From Catajapyx aquilonaris (taxonomy: Eukaryota): a DNA stretch of 20,000 nucleotides. The position numbers and the translations under genes are program-made. Location: NCBI GenBank assembly GCA_000934665.2, contig JYFJ02001888.1:47089-67088 (forward strand), given 5' to 3'. The first letter of the stretch is position 1, and every line of letters begins with the position of its first letter. This document shows, one piece after another, positions 10,573 through 20,000 of this stretch. Under the pieces are notes generated by a model, which was given only the letters and a program-made list of their open reading frames with translations, was not told the DNA's origin and did no database searches.

Positions 10573-13500
10573 CTGGGCTAATATTATGACTTTCCAATAT
10601 GCACATTGTCGTGTTTTGTACTCAATACGACGATTGTACAGTACAACACACACTCAGTAAGGTATGCGTCATAAAAATGGGATGCAAGAGATGAAAGAAA
10701 CTCATCGCATTTCTGGTCCTTTCTGTGCAGCATTGTTAGGATCAAAGGGACAGTTACCGTTTCGCTTGAATCAATCTTTTCCAGGGTAATTCGAATCGAT
10801 CTCCTTGCTTGCATGGAGAGTTGCATCAGCCCTCCCCCCCAAAAATCCCGATGCAACATATCACCACTTGCGTGACCGTTCCGTCGAATTATTTCGGATT
10901 TTCCTTGCGATTTCGTTCGCACTTTGAGAACCAGCCCACCTCCATTACTTATGCCTCATGGTTCCAGTCTTTGAATTATATAATGAGTCTCAACAGTTTC
11001 GCGCCTGGTTGCATTATACACAAAACATGTGGGAGCTTTACTTTTGTAATGGAAAGCCATCAGCAATTAATAGGGTCTTGTCCAAGTTTCATGGTGCACT
11101 GTACTGTCAGGACCCAGCCAGTGTCCGCATTTGTGGTCAACACCCAAAGCCGTACCACCAGAGTTCATCTGCTTAAGACTCACACGCACTCGAATTCCAC
11201 AGTGTCGTGCATTAAGGGCCGACGGACGTTAATATAATTACGGCCGCAGTCGTTAAATTCCTTCAAACTCTGGTAATGAGCTTGTACTGTGTGACGAGAA
11301 GGAATGCATATACCAGTACTCTGAGGACAGTACAGGGACTAACTCATAATAGCAATACTGTACCTAAAGCTTACAGCTTACACCGAAAAGTAACCATCAA
11401 AGTATACCTAAATCAATAACTTCATATTTCCGAATAAGCAATTAACTCAGTTCCAGCCACGTCAGCACTAATTTTCATATTCATACGTTACATGGATTTC
11501 TCAGCTAATATTGTGTACCAGGTCTCCTTGTTAGGCCACACTGTAGAGTAGCAAAATTGCATGAACTCCGTCGCTGATGCAATCCTTGCTGCTCCAGAGC
11601 ATCCTTACTCCCAAATTATCTTCCTCAAACTCCTTATACAGTTGGCATCATTACAGGTCCTTGTCTGGCGAAATACTAGTGCAATCACTCTGTTTACAAA
11701 GCCTCATGCATAATATACCAGTATGTTAATTTGTTGATAAAAAATTCGTGTTGTCTTGACAATTAATGTTGCTCAAGCAGTAATGATTTCTCGTAATATT
11801 AGTGACATTGCATGCCCGCCTTGTTTTTCTATCAGGGCGATGAAACGGAAATTGCTTGAAAGTGGTATCTGAACAGTCCCTAGATGAACCATCCGGAACA
11901 AGCTGCATCTCTCGAAATTGCGCGGAAATGAAGCGGCTATTTCTAGGATATCCCGAGATTTCTCCTTTTTCCTTTCCTCACTCGCTTCTCAAGTGCTATG
12001 TGATTACCCCCCCCCCCCCAAAAAAAACCCCTGCTTCGATTTCCCACGCCAAAAGAAAAATCTGTGACTATTTGCCAAGTTAGTAAATTGCGAGTTCAAC
12101 ATCCTTGGCAAGTCTGATGCAAAATGTTGCCATTCAGATCATAGACCTCTGCAGAAGAGCCTGGAATTTAATTATTGCAGCGCTAAATATTATGGAAAAA
12201 AATCTGGAATTTTAACAATTTCCATGCACTGCTAGTGCTCTCATTCGTGATGATGTATTCACTGAACAGTGGCAACATAATGTGTATAGCAAGTACATTA
12301 TGCAAATTTACTCCTGCTTAACATAATGGAATGCAGTAGACAAGTCATACACAAGACTGCGTACTTCATAAATATTCTGCATTAAATATTTTACTAGAGT
12401 AGTGTAATAATGTGTCCATTGCTTTAGCCTGAATCTATCTATATGAACTATGATAAGCCCAATCAATCTCACACAGTTTCTCGAAGTCCCCATAAACCAA
12501 GTAAGTCCAAACCAGTCACTACTCCACTATTTTCACGAAAGACTAACCTCTCAGTTCCGAGTCCCTGGTGAAATTCTGACAATAGCTACTACATTTTCCA
12601 TTTTCCTATCAGACATTTTTTTTCTTCTCCCCCTCCTTCCCCTTCCCTTGCACCGTAAGTCCCTGATGGAGAAAAGAATGGATGAAGGATGGTAGTTGGA
12701 ACAAAGTCGATCCTGTCGATCGATGGCCAAAAGCAGCGTCTTCCTTTGTTCTCTCTACCACTGGATTGCCGACACTGGGAACCGATTCGACTCCATGGAT
12801 TCATTATAGTTACTGCCATTCTTCACTACACAGGAAGCTGCATAAACATCATTAAAATTTAAAATAAGGCAGCCAAAAAAAAAATTCTAGGCCACCCCTA
12901 TAATTTGGATGAATAAAAATACCATTTTACTTTTAGGCCAAATCAACAGATTTGATTCTGGTGGCCAAGCCAAGCCTAAAAATATCCTACCTGATTATGC
13001 TAATCTGTGTACGGCAACCCAAGGCAAAGTGTTTCAAGCTATATTTACCAAACACGAATCCGTGCAGCCGCATTGACAAGGGGTGTACCAAAAGTTCCGC
13101 CAGGAAAATTCCTATCAATCTTGCCAAGTCAACACGTCATGAGATTATCGCTGCCTAACAAGGTGTACCAAACATACTTATAATGTGTATCAACATTTCC
13201 TAACACAAGATGGTTATGAGTTGCGAATCAACTTAAAATTACAAAATGAAAACATATAAATATGCAAATATAGCTGTACGAAACATAACTAAATCAGCTC
13301 GAATTCCAAAATAGTCACGGTCATAAATATCAAGTGGCCATAACACGCTCGCTTCAAAAAAACAAGCCTGGAAAAAATATAGCTCTACGGCACGTAGTAA
13401 TTATTACGGTCGGGATGTTTTATAATGACCCTTCAGGGCAATCGAATTGGTTTGTTCCCAGAAATTCAAGCGGATTGGGTCACGTAACCATCCCTTTTAA

Positions 13501-15617
13501 AAAAAAAACAAGTCCGGGTTAATACTCGACATGAAAATAATCACGATGCACGATTTTACTCTAAATTTACGATCCAAAATTGCGGAAGATTCCTCCATGA
13601 ATTCTTAGCTTCCTGGTGTAAGAACTTCATCACTCTGGGCCTGTCCAATTAACACACTGTACCCGCACCACTGTCATATTCATTAGTTAGCCTCCGTAAT
13701 GCCAATGCGGTACGGTACTGCATCCTCCACCATTACTCACCCCAAGTGCAAAATTAAATTTAAGATGAAACCATGTGCACCATCTGGACCCATCTTTTCC
13801 CATTGCGTAAACCTAAAATTGGAAGCAAAAAGTGTGCCATGTACATGTTACGCGATCTCTTTACGCTTTCCAGTCATGCGCCTTCAGGTTGCACAGTCTT
13901 GTCACCTGCCAGCCCTGGTCTTCTGTCAAGCTTTACCTCGCGTGGCACTTGCTCGTTGCCTGAATTCCAAATACGGAAACGTGAGATATATTGGGCAACC
14001 TGCCCGTATATTCGGAATATATGTGCAGATGTCATTGGAAGCTAAATTGGAAAAAATGGCGGCCAAAATTGCAGATTCTCCAAATAGAGGGCGGTTTTAG
14101 CGCATGCGCACACTGCATAAAAATTCAACATAAAAACATGGTGGCAGCAGATTCTGAGATATTCGTCTTTGCTCGCGAATTGCCTCAACAAGGAGCCGCT
14201 GACGTAACTGTTGAGTGTGAAATCAATTTTCCAATTACCGAGTAAGAATTTCTGGAACGTTTGGCAAAGCGGTTTTCAAAGGGGGTTTCCTCCAGTAGCA
14301 GCACGCCAGTAATTACTTCATGATTCATGTCCCACACTTGACGATGCTCAGCAAGCAGCATGTAGGGTACATTCATGTAGGATACTAAATAAACAGTGCG
14401 CAGTAAATTAGGACGGAACACCACAGGGTGTATACATCGCGTCGTTACAAAAGTTGATCAAAATCATACATCAGATATCTTGTATGGTTATCGTAATTTG
14501 TGTGCAAATGACAATGGCGACTTCATTGGAATGTATAGTAAAATTTGTCATCATTTGAGTCGACCCTAATGGGCGACACAATGACAGCCTATCTCCCAGG
14601 ATGAACCACGGCACAATTGCACAGTTTCAATCCTTTCCTTACGTTCCCATAAGTACGGTTCATTAAACTCATATCCCAGCTATTACCTTAAGATGACTAG
14701 AACGATCACTCACTATCGATTATAGGTCTCATGACAAAACTCTATATCGATTTTTTAAAAACTCCGACAGAAGTTGAATGCCCCATTTTTAATGATATTT
14801 TCTTACAACCCTTACTTTGGAATGTCCGTTTATGCAAACATTTGCACAAAATATTAGCTTTAAATATTCGTACATGCCAGGTTATTTTACATCCAAATAT
14901 CTACAAGTAGTACTCTCATCATCATCACTTATTTACAGAATAATACCATCTGATTGATAGCTTCGCATCAGTTGTCTGATACATCTATGGCAGGTCCACC
15001 ACGCGGAGATGACAGTAGTCTTCCCACATCTTCCGCATGGAGCGCTGTAAGCTTATCCCTGCCGTACAATCAACACCCTCATTACCCCACATGGTGATCA
15101 AAATTCCCACCCAAATTTAACAAATAAAGCCCGAAACCTCCTTAGTATTCCGGTTTACCACATCAAAATGTCTTGATTGACCAATTTGACCCAACAGCCT
15201 TTTCATTTCCTCTCCATCCTCCATTCAGTCCACGAGGCTTTTCCGCTTCTGCTCCTCTTTCCTCCTCCATCTTTGTCTCGAAACCCCATGGCTTAAAATG
15301 GAGTCTAAGTGGATGATGATTGGAGGATTCGACCGCCGCCATGCCTGTTTGGCAGTGACGAAAAGGGCGGGAGATTACCCCCTTTAGCTGGCAGTAGATG
15401 AAGAGGGGATAATCCACCCCTGTCCAATAAAAGAGGGCTTGAATAATGTGAAGAGGTATAGGTGTGGATGCTTAGAGTTTATATATCATTGGCTTTAAAA
15501 GAAATTGCAAACTACAGCTAAGTGATTGGCGCATGGTACATAAACCCTGGAGGGAGTATATTATGCGGCAGGGTTAGTTATGGATATGCAATTTAATGTT
15601 TGTATGGCGTTGTGTGT

Positions 15618-15678
15618 GGGGTGTAGTGGGAGGGGGGGTGAGGGGGGGGGATAAATCGATAACTTGATCCCCCCCCCC
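15618..15678 (+). other. G-quadruplex-capable G-tract cluster with an adjacent complementary C-run
   Basis: GGGG-tgtagt-GGG-a-GGGGGGG-tga-GGGGGGGGG (15618-15650), followed by AT...AT-C10 (to 15678), which can pair with the last G-run. Confidence 0.55.
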
Positions 15679-18051
15679 TACCCCTCTATACCTCTGCAAT
15701 TGGTGTCATGCGCGGAGGTTTCCTAACCCAAGACGTATACAGAGTACATGGTGCTTCCGAAAGTTAATCCTAGATAACAATTCAGGAGCTTGACAATTCA
15801 GACGAAATTATGCATTCACGTTATTCGATAAAAATAACAATTTTTAGCTTCAGATTGACCAAAATTAGGCGTGACGTATGAAGAACAATGGCAACATTGT
15901 TCCCACATATTACAGCAATAAAAAAACACACTCTACTAGAAATGCCCGCAATTACTGCACGTCAAGTTGGTGCCGGCATGTTAATTAGTAAATACGACCG
16001 ACGTACTCCACTCGATCGATCGTCATAAATAAGAATAACTACAGTACTACAGGTGACGATATTATATTTCTGTTCTAGAGTCGAGCTTCAACACTCACCT
16101 TAATTAAAAATGGTGTTACATCACTTCCACATTTTATGCAATATTTTCCTCGTTTTTTCCACACTTCCTGCAATGTTACTGGTGATCGCATATTTTAATC
16201 GTGGCATTATTTACTGATATCTAGGCCACACCCTGTGCTGTTCTTGTTATTACAACACGAGGATATCAAAATAACGCCTCTGCTGTCAGTAAACACCACG
16301 CAAGCCTGCACATAAAACCCCCCACTGTTTTGAAACATGTGCCCAAAATATGCAAATTTATACCACACAATTTGTATATAATCCCCCCCATCATTCCTCA
16401 CCTACTGTACCAATATTGCTAACTAAAACTGCCAGATAATATCACAACAATCGCTGCATATTTATATGCCTATACTTTATACCCCGAAGGTCAATCCCAC
16501 ACCTCACGTACTTAGGCTCAGACATATTACATCACCATGAATCACCTGCGAAGCAACCGCATATAAAAAAAATGTGGGCGACGCCTTGTTATCCTAACCC
16601 CTTCAAGTACAGGTACCGCAACTGTTTCGGATGGCCAGGGTGCTGTGAAGTGGCTCAATGGGTGGTCCCTCTTTATACAATAAAAAAAGCAAGAGTAAGA
16701 GAGAAAAAAGTGTTGCGCAACTTGACACGCTACTCAACAACAGCTTGCTCTCCCGTTACACTCACTTTCAACATTATTAGATCGTGATGTGGGTACAACC
16801 CTATCAAAACATGCTTTAAAAAAAACAGCGATTAATTTACCCATATATTAGGGAAGTGATTGAACCGTATGTTTATTTATAGAGTCGATCAACATTTGCA
16901 GGCAATTTAGCGCAATTAGTCATATTTGCGTTGATCTGATGTTAACAATAAATATATACTCTATTTTAAACGGCTGTTTGGATCCCCCCCTATACCAAAA
17001 ACCGGTGCAGGTATTTACGCCCCCCCCCCCCCTAAAAGCCCTCACCAGATTCCAAAGGTACATCTGGGGAATTCAGCTGGGGGAAGCCTAACCACCCTCA
17101 GGCAATAGGCTTTTGGTGACCCCTTCCCTCTAAAATATGCGGCGGTGCTACATCCCCTATAAAGACATGTCCACTCTGGAATTTCCACGAAATTGAGACG
17201 CCGCGGCGCCACCGTCTGTAGTGGCGCCCCCGCTCAGTCAAATTCGTAACTACGCCCCCTTTTTTTGTGCAAAAATTGGCATGGACCTGACTAGTTGAGT
17301 GACATTATACGGACTTGGTATCGACAGGCATCAAACCCGAGCCGTGTCGGGTTTTATGAAGTCCTTTCGGATGCATACTCTTGGGCATGTTCCAACCCCC
17401 CCCTCNCCCCCCCCCCCGGAAAGTTTGCGCAAAAAATAAATTGCAGTTATACGTCTGCACGATGCCTCAGTGTCTAACAAGCGGTTTGGTTGATGGTGTC
17501 ATTATTCATGAAGGAACGGCTCTTCGTTTTATAAGTCTGCCAATGAATATTCATATGGTCTCTACAAGTCGCGTAATTGCAAGGGTCGGTCATGTCGCTT
17601 ATGCAGTGTGCAATAATGTATATATTGCGTTTTAGAAAAACGTAGGTCCTATCCCAAGGACATTTGCATCCTCCCCCACCCATTTATCCGCTTTTAAGGT
17701 CAACCACTTTCCTGGTTTTAATTATATCTCCCAGCACGATATTTAAGGTCAGTTTACACCTGTGTACTAGCCTATCCGTTTTTATCCGGCGGCATACCCC
17801 CATGTGGCCTGCTATTAATAATGCAAACGGCAGTAAAACCACCAAGTGCAAGTCGCCTATATCCAAATTCCGTCCCTTGTACATAATTCAAGCATATTGA
17901 CTCCAACCAAAAACTAGGACACTATTTTCTTATTATACCTACATGAAAATACCAGAATTTTTTTACACCAATCATATTTTTTTTTTCTTTGGGCCAGTCC
18001 GTGGTCCATAATCAGTACACATGGCTACTACGCAGAAAAAAGTAACATTAC

Positions 18052-18153
18052 CTCCTCAGCGAACTCAAAGTCCCCTTCAAACTTCCTCTTCTTCTTCGCC
18101 TCCCCAATGGCCAACAAACTGAGGAGCACCAACAACCACACCGCCTTCATCAT
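18052..18153 (-). CDS. Cow: Coding exon 1 of a proteoglycan Cow / testican (SPOCK)-like secreted protein: signal peptide plus start of mature N-terminus
   Basis: Reverse complement reads ATG ATG AAG GCG GTG TGG ... GCT GAG GAG|GTAATG = MMKAVWLLVLLSLLAIGEAKKKRKFEGDFEFAEE (102 nt, phase-0 donor). Hydrophobic signal peptide ending G-E-A. KKKRKFEGDFEFAEE matches my recollection of arthropod Cow N-termini (not database-checked). Confidence 0.82.
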
Positions 18154-18385
18154 GTCAACAAATCTTTCAAATCCACTGAAAACACCGCACCAACTTTACC
18201 AGAAATAAAAATAAAAATCACACAATCACTATCAGCACAGCTATAAAAATTCGGGTCGGGATATCTTTTTTTTCTCTCTCTCAAAAAAATAACTTGTCTC
18301 GTTGTTTTGTCCTGTCTTCTTCCTTCTTCTTCCCGGAGATACAGGTCCGGACGGATCCGTTCCCTCTCCCGGATCAAAACAAACT
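18154..18385 (-). other. Predicted 5' UTR of the Cow-like gene (~232 nt)
   Basis: Interval between the predicted Inr and the first ATG; contains no upstream ATG. Confidence 0.55.
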
Positions 18386-18387
18386 GA
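18354..18387 (-). promoter_or_regulatory. Inr + DPE core promoter; predicted TSS (A+1) at 18385
   Basis: Minus-strand TCAGTT (18387-18382) matches the arthropod Inr TCAKTY. GGATC at 18358-18354 matches the DPE RGWYV at exactly +28 to +32, with G at +24. There is no ATG between 18385 and the start codon at 18153. Confidence 0.68.
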
Positions 18388-18692
18388 CCGAGTCGGGTGT
18401 GGGTCGTTTCGGCAGCACCGCCGCTCGATGCTTTCCTATGAAGTTCGGAGGTTGTCAGGTAGGAGGCAGCAGCAGGCGGAATGGACACCGGTTGGCATCT
18501 TGAGGGTGAGGTACAATTATTATTTGTTTTTATTAATTATGGCACACATTGGCAATGAATAAATTGCAGCCGATTTTTTATTTGGAGCATGCTGGACATA
18601 CCGTACTGTGTACCTTGCCATCTTTTTAATTAGTGCTTACACTACACTCCCTATACCCTATTATCCGTGCTAATTGATGCACGGGTGTACTA

Positions 18693-18946
18693 GGATAATC
18701 CGAAGATTTATTAACATGGATAATCCGAAAATGTTCCTAGAAAGCGTAAAAATGAGCTGCTCAGAGGGTTACTACTACATAACTACTGTACATACTGTAT
18801 GCTGCTAAATCAGTTTTTTTTACCATAGAATTTACGTACGGTATGACTTCTGGAAAAAGTATGGTACATTTCTTTTATGCTAGACATATTGGCATCAATA
18901 CTTTTATTTCTAGCATTTTTTGTTGGTGCTATGAACGGATAATCCG
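18693..18946 (+). repeat. Three dispersed copies of GGATAATCCG
   Basis: Exact 10-mer at 18693-18702, 18718-18727 and 18937-18946; resembles subterminal motifs of Tigger/pogo-type elements. Confidence 0.55.
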
Positions 18947-18985
18947 CAACCAAATAATCAGTACATTGTACGGTCTGTGCATTTA

Positions 18986-19061
18986 GCTATAATAATCGGT
19001 TATAATACTCGTATACTGATTTTCGATATCCCTTGAGGTCTGTTATATCCGGAGTCTACTG
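18986..19061. mobile_element. Degenerate right end of a Tigger/pogo-like non-autonomous DNA transposon
   Basis: ...TCGGTTATAA...TCCCTTGAGGTCTGTTATATCCGGAGTCTACTG resembles Tigger-type MITE ends (reverse complement CAGTAGACTCCGGATATAAC). No matching left TIR and no intact TA found. Confidence 0.45.
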
Positions 19062-20000
19062 TCTACTCTATAATACACTGCACCCACGAAATGATCAGTG
19101 CAGCAGTAATTAATTGAAAACCGTGACTAGTCGGGGCCATCATCATCTTCACGACATATTTCCCTATATAGCATTTAGCGAAAAACGAGCCAATTAATAC
19201 CAAAATGTGCGAATTGTTCTGTAGGCATGTGCCCGGTCCTGACTAAATAGAACGCCAGAATGAACAAAACCCTTACCTGGAACAGAACTTTCAGAACCTG
19301 TCACGCACCGTGTCCCATTCACCTTCCAGCATATACTGCCTATCTTTGGACCACAATCGAACCCTGCACAGCACAGAAGCTTATCCCGCCACTAGTTCAG
19401 TTCCAGTCGGACGGACCGTGGCTGCAGGACGGATTCAAACAACAGGAGTTGCCCACCGAACAGCTGACTTGTGCCCGCCATCTTCGTCGCCTGTCTCAAT
19501 GTTTCTCTGCCTCTCTGGTCGACCAATGGCCGGGTTGGATTTGGATCTCGTGACCTTCAGCATTGTGATAAAGAAGTAGACATTTTCATACTAACTAATA
19601 AGGAGTGTAAAACATTGAAATCAATTCATATGGTATGTATTAAAATTTAAAGTATATAATTTACTTGAGTATTTATTCACAATTGGCAGCGGCCATATTG
19701 GAGCTCTGCAGCTATTGGCCCAATCAGATATTGAGCTGGTTTGTGCCTCAATTTCTAATTAGAAAACAACTTTAAAAATCAATAAATTATTTAATACTAT
19801 TACAGCATCATTGACGTTGTAAACGACTAGCTTAAAATGGTGTGAAAATGCGTTAAAGTAGGAATCGGATGCGGCCTTCCTGTGAATTCGTACGCGACCT
19901 AAGACAATCGTCTGGCCAGAGGAACATGGCTCTTCTATCCGGCCAATCACAGACGGGCGCCCTCCGCGCCACAGGAGAAGTGTGGCAGGGCCTTGTACTT

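Larger units (their letters stand above)
4254..18051 (-). other. Intron 1 of the Cow-like gene (~13.8 kb, GT-AG, phase 0)
   Basis: GTAATG donor at 18051 and CAG acceptor ending at 4254 join two phase-compatible exons into a continuous Cow-like peptide. Confidence 0.72.

Noticed and set aside
14416..16243. 16-bp inverted repeat (15/16 match, GAACA[C/G]CACAGGGTGT) 1.8 kb apart
   Set aside because: A match of this quality is expected by chance about once or twice in 20 kb; no TSD and no internal transposase.
17010..17460. C-run-rich stretches resembling hAT-type MITE right ends (e.g. ...AAATTCGTAACTACGCCCC)
   Set aside because: No partner TIR or TSD found; homopolymer-rich and contains an N, so local sequence quality is uncertain.
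6516..19481. Idea that recurrent in-frame TAGs in exon-like pieces reflect stop-codon reassignment
   Set aside because: Other pieces are broken by TGA or TAA, none has a recognised homologue, and the real exons give no support.
76..19950. All ORFs in the supplied six-frame track (60-180 aa)
   Set aside because: None resembles a protein family I recognise. They overlap on both strands, several come from palindromes, and most lie within Cow introns. This is consistent with chance ORFs.
1..20000. Prokaryotic systems (CRISPR arrays, operons, rRNA/tRNA genes)
   Set aside because: No regularly spaced repeats, long ORFs or structural RNA genes; the spliceosomal gene structure indicates a eukaryote.

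Overview
Eukaryotic, most likely arthropod, genomic DNA. The only recognisable gene is the 5' end of a minus-strand secreted proteoglycan gene resembling Cow (Carrier of Wingless; testican/SPOCK family). It has an Inr+DPE core promoter near 18385, coding exon 1 at 18153-18052 (MMKAVWLLVLLSLLAIGEAKKKRKFEGDFEFAEE), a ~13.8 kb phase-0 intron, and coding exon 2 at 4253-4196 (EETKSSKKGDKKTWILDPT). Intron 2 then runs off the left edge. Neither exon is in the supplied ORF track, whose ORFs all look like chance frames. The introns are rich in palindromic DNA: a TA-flanked Tc1/mariner-type MITE, two other foldback elements, a short forward-inverted-forward triplication, and two interlocked near-perfect hairpins that read as a linearised dumbbell. 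I see no convincing new multi-gene system. The dumbbell, the inverted triplication and a frame-preserving 30-nt microexon candidate are the best leads. The Cow assignment is from memory of the family, not from a database search.
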